This document shows positions 28,159-37,705 of a stretch of DNA of 64,000 nucleotides, one piece after another (position 1 is the first letter of the stretch; the number at the start of each line of letters is the position of its first letter). The notes beneath the pieces are model-generated. The model was not told the DNA's origin, ran no database searches, and worked only from the letters and a program-made list of their open reading frames with translations. Made by a program: the position numbers and the translations under genes. The DNA comes from an uncultured Acidobacteriaceae bacterium (GTDB lineage: Bacteria; Acidobacteriota; Terriglobia; Terriglobales; Acidobacteriaceae). The DNA is taken from positions 830,768 to 894,767 of the forward strand of contig CAWBGZ010000003.1 in NCBI GenBank assembly GCA_963788515.1, written 5' to 3'.

Positions 28159-29496
28159 CTATACCTCGCGAAATGTGGAAGTCGAATAGACCACCTGATC
28201 ATGCCACCACAACCGTTCAAAGAAGGTGCGTGCTTCCATTCGCACTGGTCCCTTCGAGGATGGCGGTGTGGTCTCCAAAAGGTCACTGATCGTGCGCTTG
28301 CCATCCATCGCATCGAACCATCGCTTCTCTATCGCGCTGATGGTCATAAAAAGGTCCCTGTAGGTGTGGCTCCGATTGATGAGAACGCCTGCGGCGCCAG
28401 GAGGCAGGCGCTCTTGAACACAGATCGTTTCTGATATCCGAATGGGCACGTACCCCAGCCAGGCGTCGCCTTCGAAACTAATCACCTGGTTGGCCGCGTA
28501 TCTCTCGTCGCGGTAAACAATCATGCTGTGCCGAACCATCGTCCCGCGGAAAAGTTCCGCAGCTGCATATTGTTCTGCCAGGGGAAGGTGCGCCATCCGG
28601 GAGGCCTGGGGGATCTGCGCCATCACTCCACAGCGAGGGGAGTAGGGCGCCTGCTTTACCCAGCGGCCGAAAGTCAGCCCTCCCCGTGCAATAAAATCGA
28701 CCAACTGGGCCACCGAATACGCACGATCTTGCGGATGCAGCAGGGCATCGGCAAGTGCTGCCCTCTGCCGAAAATCCGGGGCCTCGCGCAACAGATTTTC
28801 CAACGGATGGCCTGGCGGCAACGCCCCCAGCGCAGCGATGAGCTCCTCGATCCCGTCATCGGTAGCCCGCGTCCCAATCCGCCTACAAAATTCCTGCAGC
28901 ATATAGATGCCGGCCCGTCCGTAGGGAGCATAGACCATCAGGTGCATGGCACCATCCGGCTTCAGCACAGCGCGTAGAGTTGCGAGTCCGGCATCGGGAT
29001 CCGCGAGATGATGGAGAACTCCGGTGCAGACAATCTGGTCAAATGTTTCTCCCAGCTCGCTGATACGATCGATCGGAAGTTGATGGACCTGAAGGTTGGT
29101 TAAGTTGTATTTGCGTTTCAGCTCTTCTGTACATCGCACACTGGTCGTGCTCATGTCGATGCCGGTTACACGAGCCGCAGGCCGACGCATCGCATGCTTT
29201 GCCGCCTGGGAGGTTCCGCAGCCAGCAATCAGGATGGAATAGTCTTCCCTATACGGACTGTCAGGCCAAAACAGATGGTAATCCGCGCGGCGCTTTTGCA
29301 GGTCCTGCCAGTGCAAGCGATATTGCTCCAGGCTATCCACCGGCGGAGGGTAGGGGTAACGGTCATAGAAGTCCTGGACCCGCTCTGCTATATCGAGCGA
29401 TGGTGGAGTGTCGTCTGCTGTTCGGCTCATGGCAAATAATGTCGCATTCAAATTCCCCGGCAGACCATTGTCAGCCGGGGAACCTTTGTCCATCAA
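28159..29496 (-). CDS. Class I SAM-dependent methyltransferase with a ~200-aa uncharacterised C-terminal domain
   Basis: SAM motif I ILIAGCGTSQ, then VTGIDMS and FDQIVCTGVLHHLADPDAGLATLRAVLKPDGAMHLMVY. It starts 12 nt after the arylsulfatase stop. Confidence 0.85.
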   Translation of the reverse strand: MMDKGSPADNGLPGNLNATLFAMSRTADDTPPSLDIAERVQDFYDRYPYPPPVDSLEQYRLHWQDLQKRRADYHLFWPDSPYREDYSILIAGCGTSQAAKHAMRRPAARVTGIDMSTTSVRCTEELKRKYNLTNLQVHQLPIDRISELGETFDQIVCTGVLHHLADPDAGLATLRAVLKPDGAMHLMVYAPYGRAGIYMLQEFCRRIGTRATDDGIEELIAALGALPPGHPLENLLREAPDFRQRAALADALLHPQDRAYSVAQLVDFIARGGLTFGRWVKQAPYSPRCGVMAQIPQASRMAHLPLAEQYAAAELFRGTMVRHSMIVYRDERYAANQVISFEGDAWLGYVPIRISETICVQERLPPGAAGVLINRSHTYRDLFMTISAIEKRWFDAMDGKRTISDLLETTPPSSKGPVRMEARTFFERLWWHDQVVYSTSTFREV

Positions 29497-29508
29497 GCTT
29501 TTCGCAGT

Positions 29509-31038
29509 TTATTTATGTCCCGCGACAGCGGCCTGTGTTTGATGCAACGACGCCATCACTGCGTCGAGGTTAAAGGAAGCTGCCTTTTGGCGAGGCGGAT
29601 ACTTCACATAGTTCTCTATCTGGCCAGCCACGACTGCCTGGCACAGATAAAGTTGGGGGACGTGATTGATCATCCAATCAAAGTAGACATTGGAGTTGTA
29701 GTCGGCGCGCTCGAACGGATCCCGACGGAGGTTAAAGATGTGCGGAAGCCGCAGCTTCACCATGGGCTCTGCCCAAACCTGCGTTGAGAATGCACGCTGT
29801 ACTTCAAACACCAGTTTATAATCGCCGACCCGGACTGCCATGACGCCGCCATCATCGCTGATGTAGAAGAAGTATTCCCTGGGGCTCTCCTTCACCTGGC
29901 CAGTGATATAGGGCAGCATATTGAAGCCGTCGATATGTACTGTGAACGTCTTGTCCCCGGCTTTGTAACCGGTGAGAAGCTTCGTACTGACGTCTGGATC
30001 ACCTGCGGCCGCCAGCAGTGTGGGCAGCATATCCTGGTGGGTCACGATGCCGTTCAGCACCGAGCCCGCAGGAATCTTGCCTGGCCAGCGGAGGAACGCC
30101 GGAACACGCCATGCGCCTTCCCAGTTGGTGTCTTTCTGGCTGCGGAACGGTGTGTTGGCGCCATCGGGCCAGGTGTCGTTCTCCGGTCCGTTGTCAGTGG
30201 AATACATGACGATAGTGTTGTCGGCGATGCCCAGTTCATCGACTTTGTTCAGGATCTCACCAATTTGCTCGTCGTGGGTGACCATGCGATCGCTGTAGTC
30301 GTCCTGGCCGCTCTTGCCGCGGTTCTTATCGGCAAGGTGCGTCCTGAAGTGCATGGCGGTTGAGTTGTACCAGAGGAAGAAGGGCTTATCCGCCTTGACT
30401 TGCTTTTCCATCCAGCCGATGGCGCCTGCTGTGATCTCCTCATCGACTGTCTCCATGCGCTTCTTGGTAAGGGGGCCCGTGTCTTCGATGGTCTGCTTGC
30501 CTACTCTTCCCCAGCGAGGATCAGTCGTTGGGTCATCTTTGTCGGTTGCGAAGCAGTGCAGCACGCCTCTGGGTCCAAATCTGGCCAGGAACTTGGGATC
30601 CTTGGGATAGTCGGGCAGTTCCGGTTCTTCTTCGGCGTTCAGGTGATAGAGATTGCCAAAGAACTCGTCGAAGCCGTGCACGGTCGGCAAGTATTCGTTG
30701 CGATCCCCGAGATGGTTCTTTCCGAACTGGCCGGTGGCATAGCCGAGCGGCTTGAGCAATTCAGCGATAGTCGGGTCTTCAGGCTGAAGTCCGACAGTAG
30801 CGCCGGGCATGCCGACTTTCGTCAGACCGGTGCGGAGCGGGTTCTGGCCGCAGATGAAAGAAGCGCGTCCAGCGGTGCAGCTCTGCTGGCCGTAGTAGTC
30901 AGTGAAAGTGACGCCTTCTTTGGCGACGCGGTCGATATTCGGGGTGGTGTAGCCCATCATGCCTCGGCTGAAGTGACTGATGTTCCAAGTGCCGATGTCA
31001 TCGCCCCAGAGGATCAGGATATTCGGTTGTTTAGCCAT
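29509..31038 (-). CDS. Arylsulfatase (Cys-type, CxAxR variant), no signal peptide
   Basis: MAKQPNILILWGDDIG, YGQQSCTAGRASFICG (C-T-A-G-R), GKNHLGD, YSTDNGPE, WEGAWRVP. 509 aa and intact. Confidence 0.88.
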   Translation of the reverse strand: MAKQPNILILWGDDIGTWNISHFSRGMMGYTTPNIDRVAKEGVTFTDYYGQQSCTAGRASFICGQNPLRTGLTKVGMPGATVGLQPEDPTIAELLKPLGYATGQFGKNHLGDRNEYLPTVHGFDEFFGNLYHLNAEEEPELPDYPKDPKFLARFGPRGVLHCFATDKDDPTTDPRWGRVGKQTIEDTGPLTKKRMETVDEEITAGAIGWMEKQVKADKPFFLWYNSTAMHFRTHLADKNRGKSGQDDYSDRMVTHDEQIGEILNKVDELGIADNTIVMYSTDNGPENDTWPDGANTPFRSQKDTNWEGAWRVPAFLRWPGKIPAGSVLNGIVTHQDMLPTLLAAAGDPDVSTKLLTGYKAGDKTFTVHIDGFNMLPYITGQVKESPREYFFYISDDGGVMAVRVGDYKLVFEVQRAFSTQVWAEPMVKLRLPHIFNLRRDPFERADYNSNVYFDWMINHVPQLYLCQAVVAGQIENYVKYPPRQKAASFNLDAVMASLHQTQAAVAGHK

Positions 31039-31241
31039 TGGTGTTTTCCTTTTTTAGGTTGGTTTCTTGCGCTGAAGTTGTCGGCCATAGCCGGGCAAAC
31101 CTTGAAATCCATCACGAAGTTTCAGATTTAATGAATCCACCCGAGAGCCGCTATCCCTGCCGTTCGCAGTCAACTCGGTGTGGGCGGGTCGTGCCCACTT
31201 TGGGCGTGTGCGGACGGATACCTGGTTACCATGCGCATCCT

Positions 31242-31655
31242 CTAATCTCCGGCAAGGCGTTCCTTTACCGCGTTGTGCCGGCGCCGCGCGATTCGATTGA
31301 TAGGTCCGCGGAACAGCAGGTAGGGGACGATGGCGAGAATGATCGCGACCAATATTGCCTCGCCGGGATAAACCGTCCACCGGTGCTCGATGAGCTGGTA
31401 GACCACGTCCAGCACGACCGCGAGGATGAACACCTTCCCCACGCCCTTCCAGCCGTTCTCCAGCATCGACTCACGCTCCCCCTTGTCAGTGAAGAGAGCC
31501 CAAAAATAAGCCGGCTTGCCCTCTCGGGCATCTTTCAACCCGTCGCGGATGGCGAAGAAGGTGGCCATGGCCGGTTGCAGGAAGAGACGGAACTTCATTG
31601 GACCAGTGACTCGTGCGATCATGTCGTCTGCAATGCGCGTAAAAAGATGATCCAT
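31242..31655 (-). CDS. Hypothetical membrane protein
   Basis: 137-aa ORF, 16 nt downstream of the DUF1622 gene. It has hydrophobic helices (KVFILAVVLDVVYQLI, AILVAIILAIVPYLLF). No family recognised. Confidence 0.55.
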   Translation of the reverse strand: MDHLFTRIADDMIARVTGPMKFRLFLQPAMATFFAIRDGLKDAREGKPAYFWALFTDKGERESMLENGWKGVGKVFILAVVLDVVYQLIEHRWTVYPGEAILVAIILAIVPYLLFRGPINRIARRRHNAVKERLAGD

Positions 31656-31671
31656 CGCTGTCTTTCTCCCC

Positions 31672-32037
31672 TCAGACCGTCAATTCAGGGCGGCCAACCT
31701 GCGCCGGCTGCCACGGCCAACGGCCTTCCATTTCTACCGCCAGAGACCAGCTTAAGAAAGTACGGGTCAGGATGACTGCGGCCAAGATTCCAATGTTTGT
31801 AAATGTGGGCGCCAAGGTCACCGTGCGGATCACATCCGCTGCAACCAGAAACTCCAAACCGAGCGAGAGCGCTCTACCCAAAGAAAGCTTGTATCTCTCA
31901 TAGCGGTTGCTGGCTTGCTGGCCTGTGTGGATGAGAAAGCGGACGGATGCCCAGAGAAACGCACCCGCGATCAGCAGAACAGCCATCGCCTCGATAGCCA
32001 CGGCCCCAATTTCGATTAACCTGCGAGAAGTTTCCAT
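31672..32037 (-). CDS. DUF1622 membrane protein
   Basis: Start at the ATG 32035-32037. LSLGRALSLGLEFLVAADVIRTV is the motif I associate with DUF1622. Confidence 0.7.
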   Translation of the reverse strand: METSRRLIEIGAVAIEAMAVLLIAGAFLWASVRFLIHTGQQASNRYERYKLSLGRALSLGLEFLVAADVIRTVTLAPTFTNIGILAAVILTRTFLSWSLAVEMEGRWPWQPAQVGRPELTV

Positions 32038-32155
32038 GCTCTCTGACGGGCAGAATAGGCTCTTGCCCGCGAAATCCACTTCTGGCGGATTTCGCGGGCA
32101 AGAGCTATTTCATGCTTACTTCTGCAAGTTCACACCGATCGCGGTTGATTGAGAA

Positions 32156-32171
32156 CTGTCACTTGCGACAG
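32156..32171. repeat. Intergenic palindrome, copy e
   Basis: agaaCTGTCACTTGCGACAGgtc. About 119 nt upstream of the DUF1622 start at 32037. Confidence 0.7.
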
Positions 32172-32196
32172 GTCAAGGCTGGCCGGGAGGGGCCAT

Positions 32197-32505
32197 CTAC
32201 GGAATCATTCCGCAGTCGAACATTTTGTTGGCGATGGGGGCAGCCACCTTGTTAATGAACACTACACGCATCTGCGGATCACTCTTCAAGAACTGTACTA
32301 CCTTCACTTCTTGCGGCGAAGGCGGTTGCGGCTGCTGCTTCTTCGCTATCAGTTCCTGGCAGGGGGTACTCTGGTACTTCTGAATCACCTTGGCCGCGAG
32401 TTTATCTAGCATTGGGTACTGCTCTTGCGCCTGCGTTCCGGTTACCATGGTCAGGGCTAATGGGGAAGTCAGTAAAACGAACTTGCCGATACGATTAAGC
32501 TTCAT
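32197..32505 (-). CDS. Small secreted hypothetical protein (102 aa)
   Basis: ATG at 32503-32505 preceded by AGGAGAAAAC. MKLNRIGKFVLLTSPLALTMVTGTQAQ is a signal peptide. The longer track ORF (to 32802) is a chimera with a gene remnant. Confidence 0.55.
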   Translation of the reverse strand: MKLNRIGKFVLLTSPLALTMVTGTQAQEQYPMLDKLAAKVIQKYQSTPCQELIAKKQQPQPPSPQEVKVVQFLKSDPQMRVVFINKVAAPIANKMFDCGMIP

Positions 32506-32624
32506 CAGTTGTTTTCTCCTTGTTTCGAAAAATGCTAAACCCTTCCTGGCTGAGATCGAGACGAAGAAGCGCCCGAAATCCCTGGGGAAGGTTGCCGGAG
32601 CTATTAGAACAGGATTAGGTGTAT

Positions 32625-32835
32625 GCGCGCAGGCGTGCTTCTCTGCTGGCGGCCTCCCCCGAAGACATCGAGCTTGAAATCGGAGTTCTTCTTTGAATCG
32701 GCGTTCCCCCAGCGCACCACGGCGGGATATACCCCGGGCTTCACAAACGTCCCAGTGGCGAGCCAGGCGGCCAGCTGGGGGTCCCGTCCAGCTTTTACTC
32801 AAGGATTCGAACTGGGCCGGGCGCAGACCCCCTTT
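32625..32835 (-). pseudogene. Remnant of a y4iL-like catalase-family gene with ~0.7-kb internal deletion
   Basis: 32625-32659 matches 46619-46653 (35 nt, 1 mismatch by eye). 32672-32835 matches 47355-47520 (roughly 80% by eye) of the intact gene 46528-47598. The two blocks are only about 12 nt apart here. Confidence 0.7.
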
Positions 32836-33092
32836 GGGTGGGTTCCGGGGCCAGCGCGGTATTGTGACTCCAAAATGCCAAAAAATGAGCGCAAAAAGCG
32901 CTATAGGCGCTAGAAGTCCTGTGGGGTGACCCCTTAGGTTGAGACAGTTTTAAAAGCGCGCTTCCTCTTCGGCCACCCACTCGTCTGAGTCGGTTTCGTC
33001 TCCTCATTTCCCAGGGTGCCCGTGACTCGGGAGGTAGCTTTCAAGCCGACGCGATTCCATTAGGGTCATTTCCGTCCCACTTTCCCCACGTC

Positions 33093-35792
33093 CTACTTTC
33101 CCCAGTCGAGCGAATAGATATCCTGGGTGCCGTTGTTGCGGAGCAGCAGCGGGGAATCGTCGGGGGTCAGGGTCAGGGAGGCGGTCCAATACCCGGTAGT
33201 CGGCAAGTCCTTGAGATCGGCCACCACTTCCACTTTGCGGTCGAGGATACCGATCCTGAGCACTGCCCGGTCCGGTGCTCGACCCACGAAAGGCACTCGA
33301 CCCAGGAAATATATATATCTTCCATCCGCTGACCAGTTAGGAAAGCCGGCTGTTAATTGCGTCAGGTCTGACCACTTTCGTGTCCGGAGATCGAAGAGAA
33401 AAATACCGTCGGTCTTTGCCGACATGGCCGCAATGTATCGTCCGTCGGGTGACCAGCGTGGAGAGTAATATCCCTGGGACTCTGGAAGGGGGGAGATTTT
33501 GTGGCTTGTCAAGTCGAGCACACGGATCGCTGAGGACCCCGTATCCACGCGGCCTGCGAAGACAAGCTTGCTGCCGTCAGGCGACCAGTTGGGGTCACTT
33601 TGAGGATCAGGATCGTTGGGAATCAATTGCTCCGGGACCCCGCCGTTTCGAGAAACTGCGTACACCTTATAGGGTTGTGCTGAGATGCTGACCCGATTGT
33701 CGACCAGCAGTTTGCCTTCAAGGTCCCAACCGTAGAAGACGATGCGCTTGCCGTCTGGAGACCAACGCGGCAGCCTTGCATACATCTCAGCATTGCTGAG
33801 GGCTAGACGCTCGCTCCCATCCACCTTGCTTCGCCAGAGGACGCCGTCGGGATAGGTGACGTATGCCACCCATTGGCCATCCTTCGAGAAGGAAACGAAT
33901 TCCGCCGAGATTCCGGAAAGAAAGGGCAGGAACTCTGCAGACCTCGCGTCATAACGCACTAGTTCGCCCAACAACCTGTGGCCCACCAGGAAGAGCTTCT
34001 TGCCGTCCTTGCCGGGCAGGGGCGAATCGAGGCTGAGCGGGCTTTCAGTCAATTTGACGGGCGTCCCAATGGATCTGCGAAAAAAACCTGTCCTTTCCGG
34101 AAGAACCCAAATCTGTCCCTCTGACTGGAAGACGAAGTACTTTCCGTCCGGGGTCCACTTGCCATGTTCCTCGTCCGCTGGGGTATGCAGACCTGGAAGC
34201 AAGGGGTGCAGGTTTGTTCCTTGTGCGGTGATCTCCCACAGGGCGCGGTCGCCCGACTGCGGATTCCTTATGCTGAATCTTAGCTTTGTTTCATCGGGCG
34301 AAAATTGAGGGTCGTAAGGTATACCGGGGACGGTGACCAGCTTGCGGGCTTCGGCGCCATCGCTTCTTGCCAGAAACAAGTCGTTCCCGTGGCAGTACGC
34401 CAGCATCTTTCCGTCCGGAGACCAGACAGCCGTTTGAGACGCGACCAATGAAAAAGTAGTTGGCACGCGATGAGGCGCACCACCGAGTGTCGGCAGACTC
34501 CAGAGGGCCCCCGACAAGTCGACGGCGAGAAGGTTAGATCCATCGGGAGAAACGCTGAGCGGGGTCAGGCCTTCGGAGGGGACGGGGATCGGAATCGGGT
34601 CGCCACCCGAGACGGAAATTTCCGCGATCGTCCTGTTGGAAGGGGTTCTCATGCCGAGATAAAGGCGCAGCCCGTCGGTCGCCTCCAGAACCTTCGGCTC
34701 ACCGTCCTGGGTGAGCTGGACATAATTCGAGACTTTCGGGGGTGGCAGTGGACGCGACCGGAAGTAGACAAAGGCGCCAGCGAGCAGCACAAAAACTGCC
34801 GCGAGAGCCACCGGCCAGCGCCGAGGCAGAATTGATCTCGTGGATTCCGGCGGGCTGCTCATCCTCGACGTTGAGAGTTCGCGCACCGATGTCCGTGTTT
34901 GACGTGCTACAGAGTGGGTGGGAGGCTCCATCGACGGATTGTGTTGCAGGCGCTTCAAGTCGGCGCGAATTTCCGAGGCGTGCTGATAGCGGTACTCGGG
35001 GTTTTTCTCGAGACACAGGTCGATGATCCCGGCCAGGGCGGCGGGAATATCGGGATTGAGCTGAGTTGGCGTGATCTGGACTTGCTGAACGATGGAGATC
35101 AGAAGCTCGCCCGTGGTATCTCCCCCGAACGGCGAGCGGCCGGTGCACATCTCGTAAACCGTGATGCCGAAAGAGAAGAGATCGGTGCGCGTGTCGACCT
35201 GTCTACCCAGCGCTTGCTCGGGCGACATGTATGCGGCCGTTCCCATTGCGGCGCCAAGGCCGTCAGTGAGTTGCTGTCGCTCCAGGGAAGACTCCTCCCC
35301 GGCGGCTGCGAGTTCCTTTACGGGCACCATTTTGGCCAGACCGAAGTCCAGGACCTTGGCACCGCCGCGTTTGGTAATGAAGATGTTTGCTGGCTTGATG
35401 TCGCGGTGGATGATGCCCTTCTCATGCGCCGCTTCGAGGGCGTCCGCGACGTCGATCGCGATTTCGATCACGCGATCGATGGGAAGCGGGCCTTCTTGAA
35501 TCAACTGTTTCAGCGTCTCGCCATCCAGGAACTCCATGGCGATGAAGGTGCGGCCGCCTTCTTCGGCGATCTCATGAATGGTGCAGATATTGGGATGATT
35601 CAGGGCCGATGCGGCACGCGCCTCGCGCCGGAAGCGTTCCAGAACCGCATGATCGTTGGCGAAGTGATCGGGCAGGAATTTGAGGGCGACAAACCGTCCA
35701 AGCAGCGTGTCTTGTGCCTTGTAGACTACGCCCATGCCACCGCCGCCGATCTTTTCCAATCCACGGTAGTGGGAGATGTTTGCTTCACCCAT
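33093..35792 (-). CDS. Ser/Thr protein kinase with one TM segment and a C-terminal TolB/PD40-like beta-propeller
   Basis: Kinase motifs [31 protein letters not shown] and SPEQA. A TM follows ([19 protein letters not shown]). Then come many repeats of the W/FSPDGK type ([40 protein letters not shown]). Confidence 0.92.
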   Translation of the reverse strand: MGEANISHYRGLEKIGGGGMGVVYKAQDTLLGRFVALKFLPDHFANDHAVLERFRREARAASALNHPNICTIHEIAEEGGRTFIAMEFLDGETLKQLIQEGPLPIDRVIEIAIDVADALEAAHEKGIIHRDIKPANIFITKRGGAKVLDFGLAKMVPVKELAAAGEESSLERQQLTDGLGAAMGTAAYMSPEQALGRQVDTRTDLFSFGITVYEMCTGRSPFGGDTTGELLISIVQQVQITPTQLNPDIPAALAGIIDLCLEKNPEYRYQHASEIRADLKRLQHNPSMEPPTHSVARQTRTSVRELSTSRMSSPPESTRSILPRRWPVALAAVFVLLAGAFVYFRSRPLPPPKVSNYVQLTQDGEPKVLEATDGLRLYLGMRTPSNRTIAEISVSGGDPIPIPVPSEGLTPLSVSPDGSNLLAVDLSGALWSLPTLGGAPHRVPTTFSLVASQTAVWSPDGKMLAYCHGNDLFLARSDGAEARKLVTVPGIPYDPQFSPDETKLRFSIRNPQSGDRALWEITAQGTNLHPLLPGLHTPADEEHGKWTPDGKYFVFQSEGQIWVLPERTGFFRRSIGTPVKLTESPLSLDSPLPGKDGKKLFLVGHRLLGELVRYDARSAEFLPFLSGISAEFVSFSKDGQWVAYVTYPDGVLWRSKVDGSERLALSNAEMYARLPRWSPDGKRIVFYGWDLEGKLLVDNRVSISAQPYKVYAVSRNGGVPEQLIPNDPDPQSDPNWSPDGSKLVFAGRVDTGSSAIRVLDLTSHKISPLPESQGYYSPRWSPDGRYIAAMSAKTDGIFLFDLRTRKWSDLTQLTAGFPNWSADGRYIYFLGRVPFVGRAPDRAVLRIGILDRKVEVVADLKDLPTTGYWTASLTLTPDDSPLLLRNNGTQDIYSLDWGK

Positions 35793-36048
35793 TGGGATAT
35801 TTTCGCAGGAATCCGGAAGTCTCGTTGACGCAAGTCAGCGGCCATGTCCCGAGTCGTGCATCGCCGGAGCAATTCTAGCCGGTGTTAACAGCGCTTTTTC
35901 GCGACCGGGAATCGATTGTGAAGGTGCAAAACATGAAGTTCTTGGTTCACCAGCCGAAGCATAAAGGGACGATTCACTCCTGGATCGCCTATCGCATATC
36001 TACTACCCGAAAGGTTGACGAATCGCATTCGCGGAGTGCTCTCGCCCC

Positions 36049-36064
36049 CTGTCACAAGTGACAG
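36049..36064. repeat. Intergenic palindrome, copy f
   Basis: cccCTGTCACAAGTGACAGtttt. About 257 nt upstream of the kinase start at 35792. Confidence 0.7.
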
Positions 36065-36455
36065 TTTTCCAATCAGCTGGGATGGAGTGAACTAAAGATC
36101 GAGCCTTTGCTTGCGGCGCGCGGAACGCTTGCATCTATTGCGAGTCTACACCTCGACCTCCAACCAGGCACGGGTCGCACGGGCCGACATAGGCAAATCG
36201 TCCGATAGATAGTTCAGCGATCTGCAGCGCTCAGTGTTACGCGCGCGCTCGTCTACTGAAGCATGAACTCCGACGTCCAACAGGCCGCGCGCCGCCCGGC
36301 TGGCCGTTCACGGTCTAGTCCGCACGTTTCACACGGAGGATAGGAGAGATAAATATGACTGACGGGTGGCCGTTGGATTCGGACCTGGGTGAGACGCTCC
36401 ACGAGAATGAAATCGCAACAGATCTCGGAATCGATGGCGACCACGGTTGTCGCAC

Positions 36456-36471
36456 CTGTCGCAGCTGACAG
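36456..36471. repeat. Intergenic palindrome, copy g
   Basis: gcacCTGTCGCAGCTGACAGtttcc. About 226 nt upstream of 36697. Confidence 0.7.
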
Positions 36472-36696
36472 TTTCCGGTCAGCTTGTGATGGGGTGAAGT
36501 GAATATCGACTATGTGATTTTCTGCGTGACTGACTCTTGCGTACAGCGCGGGGTCGGATGACGGCCACGCGAACGAGCGTGCCACGCCCTTCGATTGAAC
36601 GAATCAACCCTTAACCCAGAGCATAGCTACTGACGATGTGACTGTTACGGCGAACACGAGGTCGCTTTGCTTTGACTAACCTGAAAGGAGCATAAT

Positions 36697-37554
36697 ATGA
36701 GCTTAATTCAAAGTCACCTCACGATTACGTTTCCGATTAAATCACCCGCAGATGCAAGAGCGATTGCAGAAGAGCTGCCCACGTTGATGGCCGATTTCGC
36801 GAAAGCGCAGGATGCCATCGGATCCGTGCATTACTCCCGTTTCCTCCCCTTCGACGATAACTCGCTCATCTTCCTCGCCGACGTTGACGGCGAGCTCGAA
36901 AAGCTCAGTGGAGATCTGGCGAAGTCTGCGGGGCCAGTGTTTGACTCCATATTCAAGCACGTCAGTGACCCTCCTCCCACGCCGGTGGCCAGCAACTCTG
37001 ATGCGTTCATCAAATGGGTGAAACAACATTCATCTAATCCTCTGATCGTCTACTCCGCTTTTGGAAACGCTTCGGTTCAGGACATCAAGGCCGCCGTTCG
37101 TGCCGTGGGCTTCAAGGGCAGTAGCGAGCAGTCCCCTTTACTGATCGCTCTGCCTATGAAATCGAAGCTGAAAGCCTTTGTCTTTGAGGACATCGTTTTG
37201 AAAGCCGCGGCGAAGACTATGACGGAAGGAGCGAACTCCATTGGCACATTGCATTTCGCCCACTTTGTGCCCCTCGCGGACACCCACCTCGGCTTCTTCA
37301 CCATCTTCGACGGTACTTTCGAAAAGTACATCGGGGACTTTACGGAGAAGATCGGGCCGGTTTTCGACCTTATGTTCAAGTATGTAAGCGATCCGCCGCC
37401 AACCCCTGTCGCGAAGCATGCCAAGGCGTTCTTGGATTTTTCTGGAGCAATGAATCGCCCCGGCATCGGGTATTACAGTGCCTACCCAGGCCTGGCGGTT
37501 CAAGATGTCAGGGCCTTGCTCGCCGACGCTAAGGTAGGAGCTGCTTCGCGTTGA
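36697..37554 (+). CDS. Internally duplicated (2 x ~140 aa) protein of unrecognised family, copy A
   Basis: RBS GAAAGGAG before the ATG. The two halves align: GSVHYSRFLPF..LIFLADVDGELEKLSGDLAKSAGPVFDSIFKHVSDPPPTPVA versus GTLHFAHFVPL..LGFFTIFDGTFEKYIGDFTEKIGPVFDLMFKYVSDPPPTPVA. A paralogue lies at 49301-50152. Confidence 0.75.
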   Translation: MSLIQSHLTITFPIKSPADARAIAEELPTLMADFAKAQDAIGSVHYSRFLPFDDNSLIFLADVDGELEKLSGDLAKSAGPVFDSIFKHVSDPPPTPVASNSDAFIKWVKQHSSNPLIVYSAFGNASVQDIKAAVRAVGFKGSSEQSPLLIALPMKSKLKAFVFEDIVLKAAAKTMTEGANSIGTLHFAHFVPLADTHLGFFTIFDGTFEKYIGDFTEKIGPVFDLMFKYVSDPPPTPVAKHAKAFLDFSGAMNRPGIGYYSAYPGLAVQDVRALLADAKVGAASR

Positions 37555-37632
37555 TCGCTCAGTCTTGGCGAACAGCGATTCGTTGCTAAGCACCGGAGGA
37601 CGAGCATTGGCCTCCGGTGCCTGTCTCTGAAG

Positions 37633-37698
37633 TCAAACCAGTCGGGAAATGAATTTTACAGCGGTGATGCTTGGCAAGAAGTAGTTCGTCCTTAAGGA
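37633..37698 (-). pseudogene. 3'-terminal remnant (~20 codons) of a third DyP-type peroxidase gene
   Basis: It encodes ...NYFLPSITAVKFISRLV*, almost identical to the C-termini of 40969-42540 (CFLPSITAVKFISGLV*) and 47719-49275 (CFLPSVTAIKFISKLG*). Nucleotide similarity continues through TTCGTCCTTAAGGA. Confidence 0.7.
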
Positions 37699-37705
37699 GA
37701 ATGAG

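Noticed and set aside
28027-28434. 135-aa plus-strand ORF after the OMP gene
   Set aside because: It largely overlaps the methyltransferase 3' end on the other strand. It is Arg-rich with non-native composition.
30400-31131. 243-aa plus-strand ORF (and several others) opposite the intact arylsulfatase
   Set aside because: It is an antisense shadow ORF in GC-rich coding DNA. The minus-strand frame carries all the sulfatase motifs.
34899-35828. 309-aa plus-strand ORF opposite the Ser/Thr kinase domain
   Set aside because: It is an antisense shadow with no recognisable motifs. The kinase frame is unambiguous.
36253-36585. 110-aa minus-strand ORF in the kinase-upstream intergenic region
   Set aside because: No RBS, no motif, and atypical composition. 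It overlaps two palindrome copies. It is most likely non-coding.
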